DNA from: the human T2T-CHM13v2.0 reference genome, Homo sapiens | Assembly (NCBI RefSeq): GCF_009914755.1 | Contig: NC_060937.1 | Strand: one strand, 5' to 3' | Length of the DNA: 64,000 nucleotides | Shown: positions 1 to 14,079 of the stretch, piece by piece | Layout: each line of letters starts with the position of its first letter | How positions within the stretch are numbered: the first letter of the stretch is position 1 | Notes under the pieces: generated by a model | Told to the model about the DNA's origin: nothing | The model's database searches: none | What the model saw: the letters and a program-made list of their open reading frames with translations, nothing else | Translations under genes and position numbers: made by a program

Positions 1-730
1 TTGTCAATTTTTATGATGCCGAAGGCTATAAGAAAAGTAGATTCGAGAAGTACCAAGAAGTCAGTTTTGTACATGGTACATTGGGATGTCTACTAGCTAT
101 CTAAGTGTAAATGTCAACTCTACAGACAAATGTATGAGTCTGGTGTTCAGGAAAAAGGTCCAGGCTGCATAGATAAATTTTTGTCATCGTTGTATAGATA
201 GTATTTAGTTTCATCAGCACTGTTGAAAATATCAACATGGTGAGTATAGACAGAAAAGAGAAGAAGGGCAAGAAGCAATTTTAGAAGCAAGAAGCAAGCT
301 CCCGGGCTCACACAGAGAGGAAGTAGTCAGTGGGGCAGGAAGGAAACTAGGAGATATTGAAGTTTTGGAAGACAAGTGAAACCAATATTTGAAAAAGACA
401 AAAATGATTATCTGTTTCAAATGCTAAATTCAAGTAAGATAGGTCTGAGAAATAGCAAGTAAATTTTACAGAGTGTTGGATATCGGTAACTTTCAAAAGA
501 GCAGTTTCAGAGGAGTGGTAAAGACAAAAAAGACTGATGAAGGAGTTTAGAGATAAAATGAAGAGAAATTGAAGACAGTAGGCAGCAAAACTCACAAGGA
601 GTTTTATTTTCAAGGGGAACAGAGAAAACGAGTAAAATTAAGGATATGGGGTAAAGAGAGAAAGAGATGGGGTTGTACTATTTTTAAAGTAATACGGAGG
701 AATTGCAAAAACAATTATCTCCTGATTTTC
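1..730 (-). mobile_element. L2 LINE fragment (old, degenerate)
   Basis: Purine-rich sequence resembling antisense L2 (gatgtctactagctatctaagtg...gagtctggtgttcagg...gtcatcgttgtatagatagtattt). Boundaries approximate. Confidence 0.65.
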
Positions 731-783
731 AGATCTCCCATGCATGTTATATGTAAGTTTTTAAATAGAAATAACCCGGTCAA

Positions 784-1108
<325 letters not shown>

Positions 1109-2802
1109 TCAAGATATACATTACAAAATAATATTTTTTTCGGGATAATGCGAATGTTCTCTTGAGAAAAATTAATCACCTTACTAAAAGGGTACAGAAC
1201 TAGTAAAACTTGTATGTATGTATCTTAGGAAGTATTTTTAAATATTGCTCAAGAAATATTTATTAATCAAAAAATAAACCATAGTCTAGATATCTAGGTA
1301 GGCAATGAATTTACTAAAAAATCTAAAATATGATTTTTAGGATATATGATGATAATTCAATAGTAAGCAACCAAGATGTAGGATTGAGTGTGTTATACCG
1401 GTATACGAAAAAGTGTTACAGTCTCTCACATTCTGATAAACTCTAATTTGAATTACAAAGAAAAGCACTTAAAATTTTCCAAGAAATAAATTCTAATAGG
1501 AGGAGAATTTATAGTATTTTGTTTATATTGTAACTGATTAGTTAAGATTACAAAACTATATATCACACTTAATAAATATTTTAAAATAAAAGTTTTAATG
1601 CAGAAAACAACATTATATAGAGTTTATATAATTTTAGTTATCATTTTAGTAGTAAAAAGTAAAATTTGAGGGAAAATACTTATCTTTCTAAACACTGGTT
1701 TCTAGAATACTAGATTGGGTGCTTTACAAGTTAATAAGCCTTATTGCACACATTGAACTTATTAGTATCCACTCTGTCACTTGTGAAAATTAAATAGGGT
1801 AAAGAAACAAAAATATTGATATCACATCTATACATTAAATATATATCAATCACTTAATGATAAAGCAAAAAGGAATGACTACATAAGAATGAAACCTTAC
1901 TATTTTGTGTGACTCCCTCTTACCTCTGTGTTCTATCCTCCATGCTAAGTCTTGGAAGAAGTGCTATCATGAAGATGTTGAGAGAGAAGCTAATGTTATT
2001 TTTTCAGATGATCTCCTCAAATGGGGCCCTGAAGGAAAGATTCAAGCTAAAAGACTCCATTAGATATTCCCTTGGAAAATAATATAGTTATTCTTGAAAT
2101 GCTGCAAAGGAAATAACTAGAGTAAATCTGATTTAGAGAGGAAAATTAAGTTAGAATTACTCAGTTCCAAGAAGTGGCTAAGGAAATATAGTCTATAAAT
2201 GTAAAAGCTTGTTACTAACAAATCACTCCTTTATCTCACAAGTGTATGACATAGAAACTTATAGCTTCAGTAAACTTAGGAACCTGTGTATTTACTGCTA
2301 TTTCTTCCTTAACTCTGTGATTGAGACTGAACACAGAGTAATTGCCAAGAAGAGGATGTATGTCAAATTACTATACAGATTAAACTAGTCAACTTATGGG
2401 AAGCATAAAATAAGAATTATGCAATTCTATTAACTGAATGAATAATAAAACCTTAGGAAATATTTTAAGTAAATTGTCACATCATATTTATTCTAAGTGC
2501 TGGGAGAAATATGCCTTAAACATTTATTGGCTTATGATAATGTATCACACATATTCTTTATGAAATTAACTGATTTACACTTTGATTTCTGTTTGATAAC
2601 TTCAAATCCTAAACATGCAGTTCTTTGCAATTATGCAGTAATAGATGTAAATTTATTGAGGACATTTCTAATGTCAATTTTGATGCTATATTGCCATACT
2701 AATGAGGACTAAACTATATGTTTTGGATTTTTATTTGGAAAACATTTCCACCATATTACTAAATTCCTTCAAATAGACAAGAGAATTGAAGTAGTTATTT
2801 TA

Positions 2803-2960
2803 GGCCTGGTTCCAGTGGCTCATGCCTATTTTCCCAACACTTTGGGAGGCCCAGATGGGAGTATCTCTTGGGCCTGGAGAGTCAAGGCTGCAGTGAACCT
2901 TGATTGCACAACTGCACTCCAGCCCAGGCAACAGAGTGAGACCCTATCTCAATAAATAAA
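2803..2960 (+). mobile_element. Alu monomer (FRAM-like)
   Basis: Single Alu arm ending accctatctcaataaataaa; TSD aag(t/c)agttatttta on both sides. Confidence 0.85.
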
Positions 2961-3111
2961 GCAGTTATTTTAGGATAAAGGTTCCTAGCTATATATGAAA
3001 CTAAAAGCAAGAGAAAGAGAGAGTCAGATGAGTCTGTATAGACAGATTATATAAGCAATTTGATTTTTTAAAGAAAAACCATTAATATTTCAAATACAAA
3101 AGAATTGTGTA

Positions 3112-3429
3112 CAGTCAGCCCTCCATATAGATGGGTTTTGCATCCATGAATTTAACCAATGGCAGAGCAAAAGCATTCAAGAAAAAAAAAAGATGGTTGC
3201 ATCTGTACTAAACAGGTGTAGACTTTTCTTTTTTTTCCATTATTCCCTAAACAATACAGTATAATAACTATTTACTTAGCATTTACATTGTATTAGATAT
3301 TGTAAGTAATCTAGAGATAATTGAATGCACATACTACACCATTTTTATATAAGGGACTTGAGAATCTGTGTGTTTTGTTATTCCTGGGGGTCCTGAAATC
3401 AACCTTCCACAGATACCAAGGGAGGACTG
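3112..3429. mobile_element. Tigger3a/MER7-like TcMar-Tigger MITE
   Basis: TA|cagtcagccctccatat ... ataccaagggaggactg|TA: terminal inverted repeats with TA target duplication. Confidence 0.8.
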
Positions 3430-6400
3430 TACTTCTTGGAGATTTGATTCTCCACAATGTTAAGCAAACACAGAACTCATTTATTTCCAAAATCAATTCA
3501 AATATTAGTACTCTTTAAAGCATGAGTATATACTTTAGAGAGAAATTCATCCCAGTTTCTGCACTGAAAGTCCCAGGTCTCCGGAAACCCTTAGGTCCAG
3601 GACAAATTAGAAATCTTGGTATGTGTTGGTGACCTCAAAATAAAACTTTTCATTTAATTAACTAGTGGTTCTAAAGTAGGATTGAAATTGAGAATCACGA
3701 TTTAAAACAATAAAAACATGCATGTTTTATCCTTTGATATACTAAATAGTAGATCAAATCATATTGAATCACATGGGTAAAATACAGTAAGGCCACTTTC
3801 AGAATGCTTATTAATTTAATATTCTTCCTTAGACATATTCTTTTTTTTTTTGCTAAAGTCCCAGTAGAAATATAGTTCAAAAGTAAGTCACTTTTATCTT
3901 GCATTTCTATAAGAGCTTTCTTACTTTGCCCTTTTTCTATTTATTCCATTAGGTATTTTCAAAAATTTTGACTTCGTTACGTATTCTACTTATACAAACA
4001 ATATAGTGATTGCATGTTACCACCCAACAAAATTTGTAATACCTTCTAATACTTAATTGCCTTTTGCTCAATTTGCTTCAACTCCAATTATGCTACAAAG
4101 AGCACTGTGACTAGCGACATCTAGGTAACCACTAGGCAAGCCTACTTTTTGCACTTATCCTCATTAAGTTACTCACTATTATTTTTTACCAGTAATATTA
4201 TAATAATGTTATTTCTATGGCCTGAAATCAATACCTTCAACATATATTATCTGACTCAAAATACTTTAAAGTTCAAGACTCATATTAAGATTGCCTGCAC
4301 TATCCATAACCCTCCTCCCATAAGTACCAGAACATCCTTTATCAATCATTTTAAAATAACAAAGTGTTTTTTAAAGAAAAGTTATTTTTAACATTTTCTG
4401 AAATTTTGTGATAATTTGGAGGGAGTAGATAATTAATAAAACAATTATAGTAAGGTGGAAGTAATGGTAAAATATGTCAATAAGAAAAGTTTTATGGGTA
4501 TCTTGATGATAAAATTGTCTCTCCAACCGGAAGTTTTATCTAATACATATTCAAGATATGATTTACCTAATTGGTTACTCATTTAGATATCTTTACAAAT
4601 CTATAGTAAATTACAAAAACTCTGATTTCTGAACTATTAAATTTTTAGATGTACATTTGACTTAATATACGTGTATTTTCCTCTTTAGTAGTGACACTAA
4701 AACAAATTCTAATACTTACTGAAATATGAAAACTCATTTCTTACTTTTCTTTGTATTTGAAATATATAAAATATTCTTATTTCTCTGTACAGTGTGTTTT
4801 ATGTCTAATATGGAATAATTAAAATTAAGTATTTAGAACTATAATATCATAAAGTACTAATAAGTTCACATAACCATAAAACCTAAGCTCATTTTATATA
4901 CATGAGTTCCTTTAAAGCATCACCCACAAAAATAATTTGACTTTATCCAAGTTACATTTTTTAATGTTTAAATATACCCTCATAAACACTAATAAACACT
5001 GATAAAAAAAAGTAGTGTCTTTCTTATTTACATAACATTTTGGTAACTATACCACAGAAAGAAAGGCTTAAATATTGAAATTTTTTTAAAAAAATATAGA
5101 AAATTATATAGTAGTCGATATCAAATAAAAATTACCTACAACTGCAAAATTTCTGGAACATATCTATACATACGTGTGTATGTATTTTTCTTATTTCTTG
5201 GAAACTAAGTGACTCTTACAAGAAATGCTTGAAAATAGCATCACAATATTCTATACATAATAATTATGTTGGAAAATGTATTGTTATTAAAGAAATCTGT
5301 ATGACTGAAGCTTATGTTTTTGAAATTGGCTTCAGTCACCATCATAGCTATTATTTATAAAAAAGTGCTGAATAAAATTATTTGGTTTCTAGTTTAATGT
5401 AGCAAACAATTGTTATATCATGAAGGTTGGAAGATGCCTGTGAGAAGAGAACCACATGTTATGATACATATGTCCTTATTTAGGAAGGTATATTATAAGA
5501 TAAATTGATATTTAGAATATCAGTTTTGGTTTCCAGTTTTTCATTAGCAATCTCAAAATTCACTGTTGTGTAGAATAATTTGGGCTGTTCAGTAAAATGA
5601 GTAACAATGTATTTGGAATGTTTTAAATATTTGTTTATGTAGGTCTGAGATAAAGGGTAACAATTTCATAAAATACAGAATCAGCAAAGTAATTTTTTCC
5701 AGGTAGGGACAATTCTGACAATTTCCAATACTAGTGGCAAATTTTTTGAATGCCACAATTCTTCTATCACTTCTCCACCTAACATATTCCAAGTAAAGTG
5801 AAAGTAGGTCAGGTTATTTTACAACATATGAACTCCATTATATCTTCTCTGTGGTAACCTTACTTAGCCATTCTGTCTTTGTGACTATTACAAACTGTTA
5901 CTGCATATGTCATTTTGGTTTTTAAGTTCAATATAATTATATGACTAGTTGATTTGTATGTAAAACATGTGCTAAGTTAACATTATTAGCAAATAAATTA
6001 AACTGAAGTTTTCAAATTTTCCTCTTGACAGATTTAGAGAAAATAAAAACGTAGCTTGTAATAGTAAAAATAAGTTTTATTATATTCACATTTACTAACA
6101 TTTTGCCATCACATAATGTGTGTCATTGAGCAGTGTTTAAAAAGTCACTATCTGTAAAATCATGCATAGCACCATTGAAAATGTATTTGCTTCTATTTTG
6201 TTACTATAGGGGCAATAATTAATTTGATAAAATAATTTGAGAAGGGCAAATGCAAATTAACCTTAGAACATCAGAAATTAACATGAAATACTATTTTTTT
6301 TAAAAAAGGGCACCACCAAGAAGAAAGTCAATCACCATTGACTGTTTGAAAGTAATTCAATTGCTCTATGAAAGAGAAATATAAGAGGCAGATATTGGTT

Positions 6401-8628
6401 TTAAAGAAGGGCACACCTTGCTAACATACTTTATTAGGAAAAAAGCCCTCAAAAAAGGAGAGCTAAACCTTCCCAACCATGACACAGATCATCATTTTAG
6501 AACAAATATTGAAGTTTGGTATTCTAAAGAAAGAATATAGAGAACAATACCTGGCTATCTTTGAAGTAAAAATTTGTGACTCAAGCATTACCTTGAGATA
6601 TTTACAAATTTACCATTATTTCTTGCATATAATTACCACTAAAATATAAATATTTTTATTATTTATCAATTTATGTTTACTAGAAAACACAAAGGGAGTT
6701 TGGAAAGAGTTACTCCCATCAAGTAGCGAAAAACATAACATGTTGGACTAGACTAATCCTAGAAGAAAGCGGTGGCTGACAGCTGCTTGTATGTGCTTGT
6801 CCAGGTATGGAATGACTTCAGTTCTGGAAACCTGTTCTTTTACTTCCTATGGAAATATCACTTATTTTTCCCCTATTCTGTTAGCTTGAAAACAGGAACT
6901 ATCTGATAATTTCACGTTTTCAAGCAAATAATTCCATACAAACTTACACACAGATATGTCTTGTGCCAGTCATACCTTAGGCTTTCAGTAAATATTTGAT
7001 GATTTAATGAAACTCCAAAAACATGCCAACTAATACTACTTTAAAAAGAAAGTCACACCACCATCCCCACTACCCTCTCCAACTTTAACCAAGTTACATA
7101 TAAGAAAATTAACTGATTGGCTTGGGAAAATATATTTAGAAATTATACAATTATGTTCAATGATGTTTGCATATATACGATTATATGTAATAAACAGTGG
7201 AGAAAATATGAATAAGACGATTACTGATCTGTAAGCTCCTTAACCATAGGACCATATATGTCCAGTTTCTAGAATAATCTATGTTGAATAAATAAATGAA
7301 TTTTAAACCTCTAACTTGCATATGAGCATTGTTTAAAAAAAGAACCTACTTATAAATCTATATTGTTTAGTACACAGGACACATTTTCCCAGATAAATAA
7401 TGTTTATAAATGATAAGGATTTAGGTCCTTTCACACAGTTTCACAAAAGCCCTTTATATAACTTATCTACAGGTCTGTACAAGTAATTCATTAGTCACTG
7501 ATCAACATGTATAGTTCTATATAAGTTCTATGTATCTTTATATCTCATCATTAATATGTCTTGCTTGCTGTCAAAAGTAGTATGATACCTTAAAATAATT
7601 GGCACACTTGAAATATATCAATCAATTATTGCTGGGAAAATTAAATAAGGTCGTAACATTTCAAATGAAGGTTTCTGCCACTTGAGTAAGACTGGGGCTT
7701 TCTCTACTCCTGACTTCTTCCACCTGTCACACAATGAAATCACAGATTCTCTGCTTATAAACCACCAATATTGAATTCAGGGTCCTGCAGAATGTGGAAC
7801 AGAGGGTGAAAATAAGGACTGTAAGCTACAGGAGCAAAAGGCCATATAAACCATGGCCATCTGCCAATGCAACACTCTTCTCCCAATAATTGAAACCATG
7901 ATTTCTGTCACCCACCCTTTTCCTTCCATCTGAGAAGAAAACTGAGAATTGTGCCTACTGTAACTTCCATTTTTAATACCAATTAAATGTGACTGAAGTC
8001 TTCTCTTTATTCTACTAAGAAGAAAAATGTCACCTCACAACCTTGTTAGCCACATGTGAATTGCATATAAAGTATTTTTAGGTAAACTGATGAATTAACC
8101 AAACTGTAAATAACAATTTGGAAACAGATAGACATTGAACATTATCGTTTGTTTATTCCTCTACCCCCCTTATTCTTTTTTCATCCACATTTCGGAGAGC
8201 CAGGCTCTGGCAATAAGAGAATTTCAAACTAGAAGGTACGAAAGAATCAAATGTTTTGAGCAGTTTACAAACAATTTCTCAGTTTAAAATCTAAAAATGA
8301 GGACATTGATTTCGACCAATCTCTAAGGTATCTTACAAATCTGTAATTATAATTGAATCTTACAAAACAATAGAATGATTATTAGACAAATTTCCATGTG
8401 GTATAATTTGTGGTCTACAAGGAAATACAAATACCACAAAATGCTGAACAACTCAAAGAAAAACCCAAGTTAATTTAGAAGTATAATTGTTAGTAAAGGG
8501 AAAAATGAAAACTAGTTGATCTTGTTATATTTTTCAGGGGCAAAATATTGTCTTTGAAAAATAATCTAAAAGTCTATAAGAGGATATAAGTATACATAGT
8601 TTTTTCTTGTTTAGATATTTATTCTTTA

Positions 8629-8979
<351 letters not shown>

Positions 8980-10049
8980 TTATGACCATATTTTTAAATA
9001 TGTGATTGGCAGCCAAATCTTCAGGCGATGGTCTACTTGGTGTATTCATTGTTTTTGCTTTTTTAGACACACTCCATGGCCTAAAATTTCTGACATCACT
9101 GGTGGTTTAGTTTTTCACATCTTTATCAAAACCAACTCAGGATAGAAATAAATCCCTACCATTGGCTGATACACACTGTTTATTTAAAATACTCCTTTAG
9201 GGTAAGAAATTTACTTCCATTCATATGCTTTGGGAAGATTCCTGGATTCTGCTTCTATGATATTCATTTCTTGTTCAGAATTATAATAAATTAGGCTCTC
9301 TTCCTCTTGATATGGATACAGGTGTTCTTTAAATGTGTAAACAATATACTAACTCTTCAGAGAACTATTTTGAGAAATGCTATCAATGTACTTATTATCT
9401 TTAGCATAGAAACAACTTCTTTGAAAACAATTTAAGAAATCACATTTTTTCTTTGCTCCGGGATTTCTCAATTGCTGTTGAGGAAATGTACGTAATTTCT
9501 CTCACATTTTCTTCAGATTTTAGTTAATGAGAAACTTCAGAAGATCATTACGACCTCTAAGTAAAACCAGTGTCAACATCTACAACTACATCTGTGTGTC
9601 TTAGTGATTTTCCACTGTTCTGCATACCAAGCTATGGAAGCAAATTGGAGGTATAAGGCAATTTATTTTTATTCGATAATCTGTAATTGAGCAGAAAAAA
9701 TAGCAATAGGTTTATTTCTTTCTCTTGCTACTTATTGTTTCTGAATTGCCACAGCTTTCTCATAAGAAAATATAATTTTTTTCATTAATCATTAAATACA
9801 TCTTTAAAAGATAAACTTTGTCATTTTAATTATACCATCTGGTAATTAAAATTGAGAAATATTAGGTGACCCTTCAGTAATTAGCAATCAAATAATTGAA
9901 AGAAACAGAAAATACATTCAAACTCCCAGGCCTATCTGTGTAATGTGCATAGTTTTCTATAAAGTGATGGAACATCTCCAGAAAACAACTAACAAAGTAC
10001 ATTTGAAGTGCCTTGAGAATATGGCACCTAAGTCTTTCACCTTTATTTC

Positions 10050-11570
10050 AGTTCAACCAGCCACATTTATTACCAGGGAATACTCCAGGTCAGTAATCTA
10101 AATCACAGTATCCCTCACTTTAACTACAACCTCCTTTTCTATCAGGTTTTTCAAAAGCTCATTTCTGGCAAATCTATTCTTCAAATTCTTAGAGACCACT
10201 CTTGTCCCAATTGTTTTAACTTTTTCCTGTCTATTTGAAATATCCTTTCTCCCTTTCTTCTCTAGTTTGGACTCAGCTATTTATTCACTGAATAATTATC
10301 TCATAAGATCATTTAAAGCACTCATATTACTATATGCTTCTACCATGCAGATTTAGCAAACTCATATCTGGGTCATTATCATGTGTCTTTTCATTCAATT
10401 ACTGAAGCACAGCTTAAAACACACACATACTTAGACACATACACATCCCTCTGCTGTTTGGCATCATTGCAAAATTATTGTCTCCTCTTTAAGCTGGAGC
10501 CTCAGATCTCTCTGTGAATTCTTTCCATTTGCATTTTCCACTTCTATTCACAGAAAACGAGTTAGTTATGAAGATTGTATTAGTGAAGAATAATCTTTCC
10601 TAAATTCCTGTCCCCAAAACTAAAACTTACACACATTCACAACACCCATAACATCTCTTCCTTTAAAAAGCAATCCATTCCCCTATAGCTTTAATTCCCT
10701 CTTCCTCAGCCCTTGGTCAGTTAGTCATTACATCCAACTTAAGTATCTTCAAAGTCTTCCTCCAGTGTCTCTTTTTCTAATTCAATGATATGCTCTTATT
10801 TATCCAAAACAATGAATAATTTTTCTTTGAAATTGCTTTACTCTCCAGCTATGTTTAATATCTTCTTATCCAATTTTCACAAAATTATATTTAAAGTAAT
10901 CACATATATCCATTTCCACACCTTCCATTCACTCATCGACATACAGGCATCTGGCTTCTTTCACTAGAAAACTCCTTTCACTGAGTTGGTATACTGTTAA
11001 TTAACAAACACAGTGGACCTTTATCTTACAGCACATATGCTGCACTAATACTCAAACTTTCTTCTACTCTCATCTATTTATTTTAATGATGAGTATTATA
11101 CCTTTTTTATTAACTCCTGAATAACCATCTTTGCCAGTGTTCTGTCTTATTGTCACTGCTTTTTTCAATCTACAATTGCTTCTGTGTCATCTGGATGATT
11201 TCTTCTATAACAATAATTTTATTCAAAATATTCTGTAATTCCTAAATCTATATTTTTAATTCAAGCCTCTCCCCTGCCTTCAGTCTTGATATCAAAATGT
11301 CGATAGTATTCCAAGAAGATTTATCACTTAGCATGCATAAAAATGGACTCATCTTCACCCACAAACCAGTGATCCATTTGGTATTTTTTGTCCAAATTGT
11401 TGGCATCTCAATTCATCAAATAAATCAAACTTGAAATCTGGGAGTAAGTTTTTAATTCTCTCTCTCCCTTACTCTAGAATTTACTTATCAAATTCAGGCA
11501 CTTTGACAACCTAAATAGTTTACAAAGACATCCCTTCTCTATAAATTTAATGGCTTACTCTCTTCCTAAA
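10050..11570 (+). mobile_element. L2 LINE fragments
   Basis: C/T-rich degenerate L2-like motifs (catctggcttctttcactagaaaact; ggcatctcaattcatcaaa...aacttgaaatctgggagt). Approximate. Confidence 0.55.
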
Positions 11571-11774
11571 CAGTATCGAATAACTTCCAATATCAAAGAG
11601 TCCCATAAACAAATTGGTGGCTTAGAGGCTATGCACAACTTAGATATTTTTGTTTTCAAATAATAATAATATTAATCATGCACAGTAATGATGGATGATA
11701 TAGATGTATAAATAGATAAATACTTAATCCTGCATATATAAATGATATGCAGAAGGAACTGATATATGATAATA

Positions 11775-12204
11775 CAGAATGCTTCTGGTCCCCCAATATC
11801 TACTCTGCATTGTATCCATAATAATAAAATTTTTGATGAGCAATGGCCACCTGGAATGCAAAATCCATCTTATAGCCTTCCTTGCATCTTGGCATATAAT
11901 CCTATGGCAGTGTCCAGTAACCTTATCTGAATGACAACACTGTATTCCCCATTGTATTGACCAGTTCCTCTACTGCCTAGACACCTTCAGCCAGGATGAT
12001 GTGTTACAGCTCAGGGATGCTGAAAGAGTGAGCTAGACAGAATCTGGCTTCCTGTAGTTTTGGTGGAACAGAGCTGACATTCCAGCCCAGGACTGCATTC
12101 TTCCAGACTAATTTGTGAGCAATAAACAATTTCATTCTTGCTTAAACACTATTATTTCAGAATATACTATTATTTGCAGCTGAACCTAATTCTAATGAAT
12201 ACAC
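11775..12204 (+). mobile_element. MaLR LTR (MLT1J/K-like)
   Basis: MLT1-type 3' end (gagcaataaacaatttcattcttgcttaaacact...tttgcagctgaacctaattctaatgaataca). Confidence 0.6.
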
Positions 12205-12896
12205 CAGATTTTGGGGTATTTTTGAAAGACTGGACAATCTGGCAATTCTATGCCACACTTCCCCATGGCAACGACTGGCTGGAACAGAGTAGCATCAGTG
12301 TTAAAAATACTGCATTGTCTCCCTCTCTGGACTTGTTTTTAATAATTAATGTTATTTGCATTTGGATATGAAACACCAGATACTATCCAATTTCCTTAAT
12401 GTAACATTCAAGGATCTTGATAACTTTATACCTAATCACCTTCTTTATACTCCTTTTTAAGATTTTTTATTATCTACCTAAAGAAATTCCTTGCATTTCT
12501 CTACATGTACCAGTCTCTTTCTAATCTCTCTTCCTTGTTTTATGCATTAGCTGGTACCTAGAAGACCCCTATAATGTTTGTCATTCCAAACAGCACATGT
12601 GCCATTAGGTAGCCTTCTGTGAAGGTCACCCTTAGAGGTTTCTTCTTAAAGGAGGCCTTCTCACCCCTTCAGGTTGTGTTACAAGTCCTTTCTCAATGCT
12701 TGTAATTCTCTGAGCATATCTATTAACACATTATTTTAAAAAATAACTACTCAGCAATATTCTGAGTAAACTTTAGAATGCCTAAGAAATATGTAGGGTG
12801 CTATTTTTAAAGGGCCACTGCCAGAAATTTGAAAATTGTGAATCAGTAAGTTTAAGACATTGCCCAAGAATCTGAACTTTAATCACCCCTGATGAT

Positions 12897-13142
12897 TCTT
12901 TTTCTTTCTTTCTTTCTTTTTCTTTCTTCTTTCCTTCCTTTCTTCTTTCTTTTTCTTTCTTTCTTTCCTTCCTTCTTTCTTTCTCTTTCTTCTCCTTCCT
13001 TCCTTTCTTTCCTCTTTCTTTCTCTCTCTTTCTTCTTCTTTCTTTTTTCTTCCTTTCTCTTTTTCTTTTTTCTTTTCTTTCTTTCTTTTCTTTCTCTCTT
13101 TCTTTCTTTTTTCTTTCCTCTTTCTCTCTTTCTCTCTCTTTC

Positions 13143-13230
<88 letters not shown>

Positions 13231-13276
13231 ACTTTCTTTCTTTCTTTCTTTCTTACTTTCTTTCTTACTTTCTTTC
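12897..13276. repeat. ~380 bp polypyrimidine (TTTC/TC/TTCC)n compound microsatellite; expanded Alu tail
   Basis: Almost pure C/T on + strand, directly abutting the 3' end of a minus-strand Alu arm. Confidence 0.95.
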
Positions 13277-13415
13277 ATCTTGCTCTTTTGCCCAGGATGA
13301 AGTGCAGTGGTGCAATCATAGCTCAATGCAGGCACGAACTCCTGGGCTCAAATGATCCACTTGCCTCAGCCTCCAGAATAGCTGGGACTACAGGCAGGTG
13401 TAATCACGCCTGGCT
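13277..13415 (-). mobile_element. Old Alu arm (AluJ/FRAM-like)
   Basis: tcttgctcttttgcccaggatgaagtgcagtggtgcaatcatagctca...ctcctgggctcaa; candidate TSD accc(c/a)ctgat(g/t)att at ~12885 and ~13416. Confidence 0.85.
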
Positions 13416-14021
13416 ACCCACTGATTATTTCAATACAGGTGATCCACCAATGATATTTTGACAGGAAATGTCTTAGAATGTGAGCTCCCCAAGAGACCTG
13501 AGAGGGTCTGGGTTGTCTTATTTACCATATACTCAACACCTGGCATATTGCCTTTTGCTCAATAAATGTGTGTTAACGGAAGTATCTCTCAACACTTGGA
13601 GAAGCAGAAATCATTTCAGGTCACAAGGTCAATTTAATAAAACATAGCTACAGCATACACAGCTGTAAGGCATCTTCTCTATACCTTGGCTCAGTCTGGC
13701 AAACTATCAGTACAGGAGTTAGCTAGGATTGTAAGCAAACATGTTTATCATCTGTGTTTCTAACTATTCATAAAGCTTATCTAGCACAGCAGTACAAATG
13801 CTCTTATTCATTCAAATGTAGTATTTGTGTGCTTATAATTGTGTGCTTATGATTATTTAATGGCCAATATGTACAGTCTTTTATTGACATTCACAGATAT
13901 TCATAGATATAGACGTCTATGAATGACAACACTGTTGTCCCATTGACTGATCAATTCCCCTACTGCCTAGACACCTTGAGCCAGGATGATGTGTTACAGC
14001 CCAGAGATGCTGAATGAGTGA

Positions 14022-14032
14022 GATAGATAGAT

Positions 14033-14076
<44 letters not shown>
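14022..14076. repeat. (GATA)n tetranucleotide STR
   Basis: About 10 consecutive perfect GATA units plus imperfect flanking units. Confidence 0.95.

Positions 14077-14079
<3 letters not shown>

Larger units (their letters stand above)
12745..13475. mobile_element. MER5-like hAT-Charlie element interrupted by an Alu monomer, itself within an L2 3' end
   Basis: MER5-like text (tgaatcagtaagttt...cccaagaatctgaactttaa) resumes after the Alu (caggtgatcc...tttgacaggaaatg); L2 3' terminus follows (agaatgtgagctcc...tcaataaatgtgtg). Confidence 0.5.

Noticed and set aside
12883-13461. 150-aa K/E/R-rich and 189-aa F/L/S-rich ORFs
   Set aside because: Translations of a CT microsatellite plus Alu; they lack stops only because of base composition.
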